Of a DNA stretch of 64,000 nt, positions 8,537-19,028 are shown piece after piece. The stretch lies in the NCBI GenBank assembly GCA_964435065.1, contig CAYSXS010000001.1:20538-84537 (forward strand), in the 5' to 3' direction. The stretch is from an uncultured Gammaproteobacteria bacterium (GTDB lineage Bacteria; Patescibacteriota; Patescibacteriia; UBA2196). Each line of letters starts with the position of its first letter. The stretch's first letter is position 1. The position numbers were made by a program, and so were the translations under genes. The notes below the pieces were generated by a model, which saw only the letters and a list, made by a program, of their open reading frames with translations, searched no databases and had not been told where the DNA came from.

Positions 8537-9589
8537 ATGAAGTTACTGTTTTTTACTAGAAAAATAAATAGAAACGACCCAAAAGCAGGGTTTGTTTCGG
8601 ATTGGGTGGAGAAACTGGCTAATGAGGTTGGTTTTTTATATATTTTGGTTTGGCAAAAGTCTAAAGCAGAGAATTTGCCAAAAAATGTTAAATTGATCGA
8701 ATTGCCAAAGAATAAAATATTAAGACTGTGGATTTTAAAATTTAAGCTTTTTAAATATATTCCTAAGGTTGATGGTGTGTTTACACATATGATGCCTATT
8801 TATCCAATTTTAGCTGGTTTTTTTACAAAGATCTTTAGAAAAAAACTTGTTCATTGGTATATGCATAAGAGTGTAGATTGGAAATTAAAGTTATCTAACT
8901 GGTTTGTTGATGAATATGTTTCAGCTTCTAAAGAAAGTTTTAGGTTAAAAACTAAAAAACCAGTCAATATATTTGGTCACGGGATAAATATTAATAAGTT
9001 TAATTTTTTAAATAAACAAGTTGAGAATGAAAATTTTAATATTCTAAGTGTAGGAAGAATAAGTCCAACTAAGAATATTGATACTTTGATTAAAATTGCA
9101 GAGCAAATTCAATTGAATAACCCAGAGTTTAGAGATAAATATATTTTTCAAATAGTTGGTGGCCCAGGGTTAGTATCTCAACAGAAATATTATTTAGATC
9201 TAATAGAAGAAGTTAAAGAAAAAGATTTAAATAATGTTGTTGATTTTATCGGTCCTTTACCTCAAGAAGAAATTTTAGAGTATTACAAAAATTGTGATTT
9301 GTTTATTAATCTATCAGATACAGGTTCAATAGATAAGGTTGTTTTAGAAGCTATGGTGAGTAATAAATTGGTTTTAACTTCAAACGAGGCGTTTAAAAAG
9401 ATTCTTCCTTCAGAACTGTTTTGTGAATCTAAAGATGTAGAATATTTGATTGATAAGATAAAAGAAATGTATTCCATACCAGAAGAGAAGAAAAAAGAAT
9501 TACAACAGCGATTAAAATATGAAGTAATTACTAATCATAATTTAGATAACTTAGTAAAAAAAATAGTGAAACTATATGAAAAAAATTGA
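8537..9589 (+). CDS. GT-B fold glycosyltransferase (GT4-like)
   Basis: C-terminal FINLSDTGSIDKVVLEAMVSNKLVLTSNEAFKKIL. It is the first gene of a ~22-kb co-directional gene run. Confidence 0.6.
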   Translation: MKLLFFTRKINRNDPKAGFVSDWVEKLANEVGFLYILVWQKSKAENLPKNVKLIELPKNKILRLWILKFKLFKYIPKVDGVFTHMMPIYPILAGFFTKIFRKKLVHWYMHKSVDWKLKLSNWFVDEYVSASKESFRLKTKKPVNIFGHGININKFNFLNKQVENENFNILSVGRISPTKNIDTLIKIAEQIQLNNPEFRDKYIFQIVGGPGLVSQQKYYLDLIEEVKEKDLNNVVDFIGPLPQEEILEYYKNCDLFINLSDTGSIDKVVLEAMVSNKLVLTSNEAFKKILPSELFCESKDVEYLIDKIKEMYSIPEEKKKELQQRLKYEVITNHNLDNLVKKIVKLYEKN

Positions 9590-10118
9590 TTTAGGATGTG
9601 GTAATGCAAAACGTGATAAAGAAAGTATTGGGGTTGATGCGGTAAAACTACCTGGAGTTGATTTTGTTTGTGATATTGATAAGGAAAAATTACCATTTGA
9701 GGACAATGAAATTGATGAAGTTTATTCAAGACATCTTTTTGAACATCTTGAGAATTTTTTCTTTGTTATGAAAGAGGTTCATCGTGTTTTAAAGCCTGAA
9801 GGGCAATTAGTTCTAAAAGTGCCATATTTTGCAGCACCAACTTCATATTCAGATCCAACACATAAAAGATTTTTTGGTATTTACAGTTTTCAATGTTTTG
9901 ATCCAACAAGTGGAAAATATAGTTATCGTGAAGTAGAAAACACAAAGTTTGAATTAATCTCTGTAAGATATTCGTTTCACTATGGATTTTTATCTAAGTT
10001 TTTTGAGAAGCTTTTTAATAAGAGTAAGGGTGTTCAAGCTAAGTATGAAAGGTATTTGTGCTATTTCATTCCTGCTTACGATTTAAAATTTATTCTAAAA
10101 CCAATCAAAGATGTTTAA
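9576..10118 (+). CDS. Class I SAM-dependent methyltransferase
   Basis: Motif I DLGCGNAKRDKESIGVDAV, plus the acidic D/E loop. Confidence 0.75.
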   Translation: MKKIDLGCGNAKRDKESIGVDAVKLPGVDFVCDIDKEKLPFEDNEIDEVYSRHLFEHLENFFFVMKEVHRVLKPEGQLVLKVPYFAAPTSYSDPTHKRFFGIYSFQCFDPTSGKYSYREVENTKFELISVRYSFHYGFLSKFFEKLFNKSKGVQAKYERYLCYFIPAYDLKFILKPIKDV

Positions 10119-10989
10119 AAGAAAAGAACTAATCAAAAGAGAACTGTTTTACTTTCGTAAAAGTCTTTTAGAATACAAAAGATTTTGGGCATATGTTTAT
10201 TATAAATATATATTTTCTAAAAAAATTTTAAAACAAGATAAAGTTTTAGAAAAGCCTGTTAATAATCCAAATTTATCTGTTCATGTATTAACTTGTCATT
10301 GGGATTTCAAAATGTTTTTTTGGTCTTTATCCAGTTATTATAAATCATTTGAAACAATAGGACAGTTATTTATTCATAATGATGGCACACTAAGCGTAAA
10401 AGAAGTTGATTTAATAAAAAAGTTTTTCCCAAGTTCTAAAATAATAGATGCTAGGACTTTTGACAAAGAGTTTTCTTTTAAATTAGACCAATATCCAGTT
10501 TTTAGAGATATACGTGCAAAGAATTTTGATTTTTTCTCTTTTAAAAAGATCATAGATCCATTTTTGGCTTCAGATAAAGATATGTGCCTTATTTTTGATA
10601 CTGATATTTTGTGGTTTAAAAAACCAACTGAATTAGAAGAACAAATACAAAATGGCTGTGAAAAATCTTTCATGCAGAAAAACAATAGTTATAACGATGC
10701 AGAGATTGATAAAAAATTAACTAAGTTTAATGCCGGCATTATGCTTTATGCTAGAAAGAATTTTGATACACAAATATTAACAGATTTTTTTAAGGGTCTA
10801 GATCAGAGTAATAAGGATGATTTACATTTTGCTGATCAGACAGGACATGTAAAATGTTTAAAGAACCTAGAGGCGCTACCAGAAGATAGATATATAATTA
10901 GAGGTGATGTTAATGAAAATATAGTAGCAAAACACTATACTGCTCCCAGAAGACCTTTGTTTTATATAGATGGTATTAGGAAGTTATAA
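10111..10989 (+). CDS. Putative GT-A fold nucleotide-diphospho-sugar transferase (GT8-like)
   Basis: DxD motif CLIFDTDILWF together with a NAGIMLY motif reminiscent of GT8 NxGVMLxN. Confidence 0.4.
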   Translation: MFKRKELIKRELFYFRKSLLEYKRFWAYVYYKYIFSKKILKQDKVLEKPVNNPNLSVHVLTCHWDFKMFFWSLSSYYKSFETIGQLFIHNDGTLSVKEVDLIKKFFPSSKIIDARTFDKEFSFKLDQYPVFRDIRAKNFDFFSFKKIIDPFLASDKDMCLIFDTDILWFKKPTELEEQIQNGCEKSFMQKNNSYNDAEIDKKLTKFNAGIMLYARKNFDTQILTDFFKGLDQSNKDDLHFADQTGHVKCLKNLEALPEDRYIIRGDVNENIVAKHYTAPRRPLFYIDGIRKL

Positions 10990-12031
10990 AAATTATATGA
11001 AAATATGTTTTTTTGGTAATTACATTTCAGATTATTCCAGAGTAAAAGTTTTGCGTAAAGGTTTTCAGCAAAATGATGTTGAGATTTTTGAATGCCATAC
11101 TAGAAAAACAGGTTTAAAGAAATATTTAGATTTATATAACCAACACAAAAAGATTAGAAATAAGTATGATGTTATCTTAGTTATGATGGGAGGACAAACA
11201 TTGGTTTGGTTTGCAAAGCTATTAACAAAAAAGAAATTAATTTTTGATGCTTTTACTTCTTTATATTTAACAAACATTGAAGATAGGAAAACATGCACAC
11301 CTGAAAGTTTCAAGGCTAAATATTATGCTTGGTTAGATAAAGCTTCTTGTAAAAAGGCAGATAAGGTTTTGTTAGATACTGATGCACAGATACAATATTT
11401 TATTGATAAATATAAGTTAGATAAAGATAAATTTATACGAGTTTTTGTTAGTTCAGACAATGAATGTAATTTAGAAAAAGAAAAGAATAATAAGTTTATT
11501 ATTCATTGGCATGGATATATTGTCCCGCTTTATAGTTTAGAAACAGTTATTAAATCAGCAAAAATATTAGAGAAATATGAAGATATTGAATTTCAGATAG
11601 TGACTCGTTTTAATAGTAAGTATGAGAAAATAAAAGAACTAACAGAAAAGTTAGAATTAAAGAATATTAAATTCTACCCAGAAACAGATTACGAAGGAGT
11701 AGCTAAATTTGTTAATAAAGCAGATGTTTGTTTAGGAATATTTGGGAACAACAAGAAAGCACAAGTTGTAATTCCTAACAAGGTTTACGAAGCAATAATT
11801 TGTGCTAAACCAGTTATTACTGCAAATCACAAAGTTATAGATGAGGTATTTACTAATGAAGATAATATTTTAACAGTTTTGCCGGAAGACGAAAAAGATT
11901 TAGCAAATAAAATATTGAAATTGAAAGATAATAGTGATTTAAGGTATAGAATTGGTCAATCAGCCCATACTTTGCATATTAACAACCTTAAACCAAAACA
12001 AATTGTTAAGGAATTAATAACTAAAATTTAG
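10970..12031 (+). CDS. Hypothetical protein, possibly a GT-B-like glycosyltransferase C-terminal domain
   Basis: ...CLGIFGNNKKAQVVIPNKVYEAIICAKPVITANHKVIDEVF resembles a GT-B C-terminal Rossmann domain, but no EX7E motif is present. Confidence 0.3.
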   Translation: MVLGSYKNYMKICFFGNYISDYSRVKVLRKGFQQNDVEIFECHTRKTGLKKYLDLYNQHKKIRNKYDVILVMMGGQTLVWFAKLLTKKKLIFDAFTSLYLTNIEDRKTCTPESFKAKYYAWLDKASCKKADKVLLDTDAQIQYFIDKYKLDKDKFIRVFVSSDNECNLEKEKNNKFIIHWHGYIVPLYSLETVIKSAKILEKYEDIEFQIVTRFNSKYEKIKELTEKLELKNIKFYPETDYEGVAKFVNKADVCLGIFGNNKKAQVVIPNKVYEAIICAKPVITANHKVIDEVFTNEDNILTVLPEDEKDLANKILKLKDNSDLRYRIGQSAHTLHINNLKPKQIVKELITKI

Positions 12032-12034
12032 TTT

Positions 12035-12703
12035 ATGTTTTATTTCTCAGGAACACGAAAACCAGATTATAAGAACTTGAATAAAGATATATATAATAAT
12101 TATTGGAAGGATAGAGGATATATAATGCGTGATAAGTTAATGGAACGAGAGATTGTCTTTTTAGATTGGATTAAACCAAACAGCAAGGTATTAAGCGTAG
12201 GTTGTGGTAATTCTAGATTACTTTATGAGTTACAAAAACAAAAACAATGTGAAGTTTTTGGGATTGATATATCACCAGAAGTTGTAGATGGTTTAAAACA
12301 AAACAATATTCCATCTGAGGTTCAGGATATTACAAAAGAAGATTTTTCTTTATCTAATAATTATGACTATATTGTAATGAGTGAATTATTAGAACATTTG
12401 GTTATGCCAGAGAATTTATTAGAAAAAGTAAGACATAGTGCAAAACATTTAATTTTATCAGTTCCTAATTCTGCATTTTATCGTTATCGTCTAGGTTTAT
12501 TATTTAAAGGAAGGTTTTGTACTCAATGGGCAAAACATCCAGCAGAACACTTAAGATATTGGAGCCATAAAGATTTTTTAGATTGGTTAGAAGCATTAGA
12601 TTTTCAAATTAAAGAATCTAAACCTTCAAATGGATTTTTTTTAAAAGATATTTGGCCAAACATGTTTGGTCACCAAATTTGTTATTTAATAAATAAGAAA
12701 TAA
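12035..12703 (+). CDS. Class I SAM-dependent methyltransferase
   Basis: VLSVGCGNSRLLYEL (motif I) and YDYIVMSELLEHL (motif II/III). Confidence 0.7.
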   Translation: MFYFSGTRKPDYKNLNKDIYNNYWKDRGYIMRDKLMEREIVFLDWIKPNSKVLSVGCGNSRLLYELQKQKQCEVFGIDISPEVVDGLKQNNIPSEVQDITKEDFSLSNNYDYIVMSELLEHLVMPENLLEKVRHSAKHLILSVPNSAFYRYRLGLLFKGRFCTQWAKHPAEHLRYWSHKDFLDWLEALDFQIKESKPSNGFFLKDIWPNMFGHQICYLINKK

Positions 12704-13852
12704 ATGAAAATATTATATATCTCAAATTCAAGAATTCCAACAGAAAAAGCATATGGTATTCAAATAATGAAGACGTGTGAAGCTTTTGGTTTGCAAAATA
12801 AAAAGATAGAGTTGGTTTTACCAACTAGAAAAAATAAGAAGTTTAAGAATATAAGCCCTTTTGATTATTATTCTGTTAAAAATTGTTTTAGAATAAAAAA
12901 AATTAAAACTTGTGATCCTAATTTTTTAATGAAATTACCAAAAGGTATATATATAAAATTTCAAGGATTGTTTTTTATTTTAAGATTATTTTTTTATCTA
13001 TTATTTAAAAAAAATAAGTCTGAGTATATTTTTTATACTCGTGATGAATATTTGTTACCTTTATTGCATAAATTTTCAGATAAAGTTATTTGGGAAGCTC
13101 ACACCTTACCAAAGAACACAGATAGATATTTAAAAAGTTGGCAAAAGTGTTATAAAATAATTACTATTAGCAAAGCCTTAAAAAGCGAGTTGGAGTCTTT
13201 AAATATTAAACAGGAAAAGATGTTTGTTGCTCATGATGGAGTAGACCTAGAGGAGTTTGAGCTTTCTGCTTTTAATTTACAAAAATCAAGAAAAAAATTA
13301 GGTTTACCTTTAGATAAAAAGATTATAATGTACACGGGGCACTTATATGACTGGAAAGGCGTACAGGTTTTAGCTGATTCAACTAATTTTTTATTGGATA
13401 ATCAAATGATAGTTTTTGTTGGTGGAACTCACTCAGATATTAAGATTTTTCAAAAGAAAAACATGCAATTAATTAAAGATAATAAAATTTTACTTTTAGG
13501 GCACAAAAATCCAAAACTAATTCCTGAATATTTACAATCAGCAGACGTGCTTATTTTACCCAATTCAGCCAAAGATAATAAATCAAAATGGACCTCACCA
13601 ATGAAACTTTTTGAATATATGGCTTCTGGAGTACCTATTGTTGCTTCAGGACTGCCAAGCATAAAGGAGGTTTTAAATAAAGATAATTCAATTTTAGTTA
13701 GTCCGGATAGCCCCAGGGACATTTTTGATGGGATTAAAATAGTTTTGGATAATAAGGAATTATCAAATAAGATTAGTAAACAAGCCCTACAAGACGTACA
13801 AGACTATACGTGGAATAAAAGAGCAGAGAAAATCTTAGAATTTATACAGTAA
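12704..13852 (+). CDS. Glycosyltransferase family 4
   Basis: SPMKLFEYMASGVPIVASGLPSIKEVL. Confidence 0.75.
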   Translation: MKILYISNSRIPTEKAYGIQIMKTCEAFGLQNKKIELVLPTRKNKKFKNISPFDYYSVKNCFRIKKIKTCDPNFLMKLPKGIYIKFQGLFFILRLFFYLLFKKNKSEYIFYTRDEYLLPLLHKFSDKVIWEAHTLPKNTDRYLKSWQKCYKIITISKALKSELESLNIKQEKMFVAHDGVDLEEFELSAFNLQKSRKKLGLPLDKKIIMYTGHLYDWKGVQVLADSTNFLLDNQMIVFVGGTHSDIKIFQKKNMQLIKDNKILLLGHKNPKLIPEYLQSADVLILPNSAKDNKSKWTSPMKLFEYMASGVPIVASGLPSIKEVLNKDNSILVSPDSPRDIFDGIKIVLDNKELSNKISKQALQDVQDYTWNKRAEKILEFIQ

Positions 13853-13860
13853 AATAACTT

Positions 13861-15678
13861 ATGTTAAATTGGATTAATAAAAATTATAAACTCATTTTAA
13901 TCTTAATAGTTTTAATAACTCTCTTGCTTAAAATCTTGCCTTTTGAAGTTCGTTCCTGGACAATGGATGCAGACAGCCAGATTGTTAAAGAGGCTCTTCA
14001 AATAGGAGAGTCAGTAACAAGTGGGGATTGGGAATTTTTAAAAGAACCAGTCCTGTTTCCTTTTATTGGCCCATATATCTATTTGTTTTTTTATGGTTTA
14101 TTTTTTTTAATAGGAAAATTAATTGGATTGTTTTCAAGTAGTACAGAGTTTGTAGATTATATATATTTTCATATTCAGAGTCTCTATTGGTGGAGTAGGA
14201 TTTTAATTGCAGTTTTTGGAACATTATTGATTCCGTTAGTCTTTTCTATCACACGCAGAATAATTCAAAAGATTGATCAACAAAAAGCGATTGTGTTATC
14301 TCTTTTTGCATCTAGTTTGGTGGCGTTGAATTTAATTTTAAATATTTTCTCTCAACAACCACGTCCACATGTTCTTGTGGCTTTTTTTATTCTTTTAACT
14401 TTCTATTTTTATCTCAGATTTTTGGATTATAAAAAAATTATAGATTATTTTTTATTAAGCTTATCTTGTGGATTAGCTATTGGTGTTTTACAAAACGGTA
14501 TATTTGCAGTGATCTTTTTTGTTTTAGCAAGTTATTATTTATTTAAAGATACTTATCTAAAGACAAATAAGGTTTTTGCTAATTTTTCTTGGTTAAAGTT
14601 TTTATTAGCTGGATTAATTATTTTAATAATTTTTGTCATAAGTTATCCATATGCAATTTTGAATTTTTCTTCTGTGTTAGAAGCACAAGGAAAGTTTGAG
14701 TCTGTAAATGGGTTTGATTTTACTTTGAGTAGTGGATCTCAAACATTCTCTGGTATAAATGGAAAGGGGATTAATATTTTGATACGTGGTTTATTGTTTT
14801 ATCACCAAGTATTAAGTTTTATTTTTTTATTAACTTTTTTATTGTATATATTTTCGAAATTTAGAAAAAAACAGTTGTATAACAAGATTAAGAATGTTGT
14901 TTTTGATAGAAGTTTAGTTGGTTTATATTTATTCACCATACTATATATTTTAATTCTAATTATATATGATGGAGCACGTATTAGGTTTATGAGTCCATTA
15001 ACTCCTTTTTTGTGTGTTATTGGAGCAGTATTTTTATTAAAATACATTATGCAAGCCAAAACATCGGTGAAAAGAGTTATTTTAGGGTTGATAATGGTTT
15101 TGATGTTATTTGAGTTTGTCCAAGTATTGCGTTTTGTACATATTTTATCACAACCATATACACGCGATGAGTCTGTTGAATGGATCCAAAAAAATATTCC
15201 TAAGGATGAATTAATTTTAATTCAAAGCCGTGGACCAATTTTAATACCAAATCGAAAGAGTTTAGAATTACAAGAAAGTATTAATCCAGAATCTTTAACA
15301 ACTAAGGATAATTTTTTATTAGAATTACCTTTAGATAAATATCCGGCGGATAATAACTATATTCTACGTTTAGGATTGGTTGGTAGTGAATTCCAAACAG
15401 AAGAAGAGTTAGAATCCTTGTTACTAGAATTAAAACCTGATTATTTCGTCTTGTTTTACACCACCCCTAAACCAGAAGATTTTATTGATGATTTTAAAGA
15501 ATTTAGATTAGCTGAGAAGTATGGGGAAAGTATAAAAAAATTTACACCGTTTAAAAACGAAGATAAGAAACAAAGAATGATGTTTACTTGGGCTTTTGAA
15601 AATCCAATTGTTGATTTATGGAATTTTAAACAATTAGGTCCCATTATTGATGTTTATGAATTAAAATGGGACAATTAA
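13861..15678 (+). CDS. GT-C fold membrane glycosyltransferase (ArnT/PMT-like, GT39/GT83 type) with a C-terminal soluble domain
   Basis: About 12 TM helices. The first-loop motif MDADSQIVKEALQIGESVTSGDWEFLKEP matches the ArnT/PMT 'DE..GDW' signature. Confidence 0.55.
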   Translation: MLNWINKNYKLILILIVLITLLLKILPFEVRSWTMDADSQIVKEALQIGESVTSGDWEFLKEPVLFPFIGPYIYLFFYGLFFLIGKLIGLFSSSTEFVDYIYFHIQSLYWWSRILIAVFGTLLIPLVFSITRRIIQKIDQQKAIVLSLFASSLVALNLILNIFSQQPRPHVLVAFFILLTFYFYLRFLDYKKIIDYFLLSLSCGLAIGVLQNGIFAVIFFVLASYYLFKDTYLKTNKVFANFSWLKFLLAGLIILIIFVISYPYAILNFSSVLEAQGKFESVNGFDFTLSSGSQTFSGINGKGINILIRGLLFYHQVLSFIFLLTFLLYIFSKFRKKQLYNKIKNVVFDRSLVGLYLFTILYILILIIYDGARIRFMSPLTPFLCVIGAVFLLKYIMQAKTSVKRVILGLIMVLMLFEFVQVLRFVHILSQPYTRDESVEWIQKNIPKDELILIQSRGPILIPNRKSLELQESINPESLTTKDNFLLELPLDKYPADNNYILRLGLVGSEFQTEEELESLLLELKPDYFVLFYTTPKPEDFIDDFKEFRLAEKYGESIKKFTPFKNEDKKQRMMFTWAFENPIVDLWNFKQLGPIIDVYELKWDN

Positions 15679-15681
15679 AGT

Positions 15682-17028
15682 ATGAAAATTACGAATAAAC
15701 AATTTATTCTAATCTTAATGGTGCTGGCCTTAATAAGCGGATTTTTTTGGGCTTTTGTGTTTGGTAATGATCCTGGTGTTAGCGATGATGCTCGAGGTTA
15801 TGACGAAACAGCACAATCTATAGTTTCAGAAGGTATTTTTAATAATGATAGGATGGAAGATACTTTAGACCGTCCAGTTTATTCATTTTTTTTAGCTATT
15901 ATTTATAAGGTTTTTGGACACAGCTTTGTTATTGTTCGTATTATCCAAATTTTATTTTTTGTAATGATAGCTTTATTGGTTTATAAATTATGTAATTTAT
16001 TATTTACAGAAAAAGTTAGTCGTTTTGCAGGAGTTTTAACAGCCTTTTCATATTCATTAGCGGCACACGCTGGTATTTTGTATAGAGAAGTTTTGTTTGC
16101 ATTTCTAGTTTTATTTTTAGTTTGGTGTCTATATAAAGCTCAATTTACTTTTAAAGTTATTTGGTTTTTATTGGCTGGGGCAGTATTGGGTATTATGTTT
16201 TTAACTAATTCAGTTGTTCAATTTTTAATATTTTTAATTTTAATTAATTTCATTTTTGTTTTTTATAAAAAAAGAAAAATTAAAGATTTAATCCCTCGAT
16301 TAGTATTATTTGTTTTAGCCTTTTTGCTTGTTTTAACTCCTTGGTTTGTTTTTTACAAAAGTAATTTTGGTCAGATACCAACAGGTGGAGGGGGTTTATA
16401 TCTGGCTGAACGAGCAGAAACAATGCAAAATATTGATGATAAATATTTATCGCATTTAATTGGTAATGGAATAGGGGATTTTGTGGCTTTTCAATTGTTT
16501 TCGGATTATGATCCAAAACTTTCAAGGCACGGATGGGAGGCTTGGCGTAAACATGATGAATTGTTGGCTCAAGGACAAAATGTTAAAGAAGCAGATAAAG
16601 AATTTATTGAAGATTCACTTAGAACATTTGCAAAACATCCGATTATGTTTTTAAAAATGGAGTTTATTGATTTTTTAAAATTTAATCAGCCAATGACACC
16701 AAAAGTTTGGATGCAAGCAATGTTTGTTGGTACACATCCAGGAATAGCTGATTGGATGAAAATTCTTATTATCTTTGGTATTAGGTTTGTTTATTTAATT
16801 TTTTCTGGTTTAATTATTTATTCTATTCTAAAAACATTTAAGAAATGGTCAAATGTGAGTTGGTTGATTATTATAATCTTCTACTTTAACTTTGTTTATA
16901 GTACTTTACATGCTACTGCTCGTTATTCAATTCCAATTTATCCGTTGTATATAATATTTTTGACTCTGGGTGTAATGTTGTTAATTAATAAATTTAGACA
17001 TAAAGATGAAAATCTGCTTAATAACTAA
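15682..17028 (+). CDS. GT-C fold membrane glycosyltransferase (ArnT/PMT-like)
   Basis: GNDPGVSDDARGYDETAQSIVSEGIF in the first extracytoplasmic loop, and a multi-TM body. Confidence 0.6.
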   Translation: MKITNKQFILILMVLALISGFFWAFVFGNDPGVSDDARGYDETAQSIVSEGIFNNDRMEDTLDRPVYSFFLAIIYKVFGHSFVIVRIIQILFFVMIALLVYKLCNLLFTEKVSRFAGVLTAFSYSLAAHAGILYREVLFAFLVLFLVWCLYKAQFTFKVIWFLLAGAVLGIMFLTNSVVQFLIFLILINFIFVFYKKRKIKDLIPRLVLFVLAFLLVLTPWFVFYKSNFGQIPTGGGGLYLAERAETMQNIDDKYLSHLIGNGIGDFVAFQLFSDYDPKLSRHGWEAWRKHDELLAQGQNVKEADKEFIEDSLRTFAKHPIMFLKMEFIDFLKFNQPMTPKVWMQAMFVGTHPGIADWMKILIIFGIRFVYLIFSGLIIYSILKTFKKWSNVSWLIIIIFYFNFVYSTLHATARYSIPIYPLYIIFLTLGVMLLINKFRHKDENLLNN

Positions 17029-18118
17029 TAATTTAGAAATGAGAGATGGATGGGGAAGCTATTCACGTAGCTTGGCTTTAGGTTTATTAAAAAATAATAT
17101 AGAGGTAGAGGTTTTAGTTGCATATGATCAATCTGTATCTGATATTAATAATTTAAAAGTACATAATATTTTACCAAAACTTTTTGTACCTAGGTTTAAA
17201 AAAACATATTGGTTTTTTAAAAACTATTTTAAAATAAAAAAAGTTATTAATAATTGTGATTTAGTACATGTGGTTGTAGAGCCATATTCAGCTTTACTTT
17301 ATTCATTAATAAAAAAGAAACCATATTTCATAACAGCTCACGGTACTTATGCTGTTCATCCGTTAACAAAGAAATATTTATTTAAAATTTATGAGAAGGT
17401 ATATAATCGAGCAAAAAAGATTATTTGTATTAGCAAATTTACACAAAACAAACTTTTGGATAAAATAAAATTAGATAATACATGTGTAATACCTAATGGT
17501 GTTAATTTATCTAAATTTATTGTTAAATCTTTAGATATAAAAAAAGAATTCCAATTTTTTAGTGTTGGTGTAATAATTGCACGCAAAGGTTATCATTTAG
17601 TTATAGGTGCTCTTGGTAAACTTAAACAGTTACGTCCAGAATTTAAATTTAAATATGTTATTCTTGGTAGAGTATATAACAAAGAATATTATCAAGAATT
17701 ATTACAATTGATAAAAGAAAACAATTTAAAAAATGAAGTTATTTTTAAGAAAGACTTAGAAGAACAAGAATTAGCTGAATTATATCAATCTAGTGATCTA
17801 TTTATCCTTATCCCTGAACAAAAAGGAGAATCTAAGTTTGAAGGCTTTGGTTTGGTGTATTTAGAAGCAATGGCTACGGGTGTTCCTGTTGTTGCTGCAA
17901 CAGACAGTGCTGCTGAAGAGTTTATTAAAGATAAAGAAAATGGTTTTTTATCTGACCCAAATATTGAAAAATTAAGTAATAAAATAATAGAAATTTTGGA
18001 TACGCCAGAATTATTAAAAGAAATAGGCGATAATGGTCGAACAACAGCTAAAGAATTTGATTGGGATATTATTGTCCCAAGATATATTGAAGTTTATGAA
18101 TCAACAAAAATTAGTTAA
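17006..18118 (+). CDS. Glycosyltransferase family 4
   Basis: FEGFGLVYLEAMATGVPVVAATDSAAEEFI. Confidence 0.8.
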   Translation: MKICLITNNLEMRDGWGSYSRSLALGLLKNNIEVEVLVAYDQSVSDINNLKVHNILPKLFVPRFKKTYWFFKNYFKIKKVINNCDLVHVVVEPYSALLYSLIKKKPYFITAHGTYAVHPLTKKYLFKIYEKVYNRAKKIICISKFTQNKLLDKIKLDNTCVIPNGVNLSKFIVKSLDIKKEFQFFSVGVIIARKGYHLVIGALGKLKQLRPEFKFKYVILGRVYNKEYYQELLQLIKENNLKNEVIFKKDLEEQELAELYQSSDLFILIPEQKGESKFEGFGLVYLEAMATGVPVVAATDSAAEEFIKDKENGFLSDPNIEKLSNKIIEILDTPELLKEIGDNGRTTAKEFDWDIIVPRYIEVYESTKIS

Positions 18119-19028
18119 GAGAATTAATGAAATTTATCATGATTGGGAAGCAAAATATTATTTAGAACGGCATCCTGAGATTTTTAAACAAGAAAGAAAT
18201 AACTGGCAAAAGTTTGCTAGTAAGTTTTTTACAAGTGAAAGAGCTAAAAGAATTTTAGATGTGGGTTGTGGTACAGGATTTGTTCCTCAGGTTATTGGAA
18301 GATATCTAACAAAAGATGATGAATTTTTTTGTAGTGATATTTCTTCTGATATGCTTGAAACTGCTAAAGATAATTTATCTAAGAATGGTTATATAAATAA
18401 ATTTTATTTTTTAAAGGGTAGTATTGAAGAATTAAATTTTGAACCAGAAAGTTTAGATATTGTTATTATAAATTCAGTTCTACATCATTTACCAGATATA
18501 GAAATATTTTTTAAAGAATCAAATAGGATTTTAAAACCTGGTGGTAAGTTAATTATATTTCATGAACCTAATAAAAAGTTTTTTCAACATAGTTTTTTAA
18601 GAAATAACTTTTTATTATTACAATATATTAAAAACACAGTTTTTAAGTTTAGAAAAAACTTAAGAGGACGGGTTTCAGATAAAAAAGAAAAAGAAGATAT
18701 TTTTGACTACATAAATAAAATACTTAAACAAGAAGAGTTAATTAGTAAAGATCTAGATAAAACAGAAATAAAGCAATTTGTTGATTATGGATCACCTACA
18801 GCATCTGGTAAAATAGATAAAGATAGAGGATTTGATATAAATGAGATCCAACAGCAATATTTAACTAATTTTAGTATTTTAGAGTTTACAACATACAATT
18901 ATTTGTGTAAGATTAATCATCGTTCAAATTTAATATTAACCCTTTATAACTACTTATTAAGCAGGTTTTGGCCTAAATCAGGGAGTAGTTGGGGAGCTAT
19001 TTTAGAAAAAAATGATACAACAAACTAA
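18033..19028 (+). CDS. Class I SAM-dependent methyltransferase. The true start is probably the ATG at 18096.
   Basis: ILDVGCGTGFV (motif I), LDIVIINSVLHHL. The track start at 18033 overlaps the upstream gene by 85 nt, whereas the internal ATG at 18096 would overlap by only 23 nt. Confidence 0.7.
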   Translation: MVEQQLKNLIGILLSQDILKFMNQQKLVKRINEIYHDWEAKYYLERHPEIFKQERNNWQKFASKFFTSERAKRILDVGCGTGFVPQVIGRYLTKDDEFFCSDISSDMLETAKDNLSKNGYINKFYFLKGSIEELNFEPESLDIVIINSVLHHLPDIEIFFKESNRILKPGGKLIIFHEPNKKFFQHSFLRNNFLLLQYIKNTVFKFRKNLRGRVSDKKEKEDIFDYINKILKQEELISKDLDKTEIKQFVDYGSPTASGKIDKDRGFDINEIQQQYLTNFSILEFTTYNYLCKINHRSNLILTLYNYLLSRFWPKSGSSWGAILEKNDTTN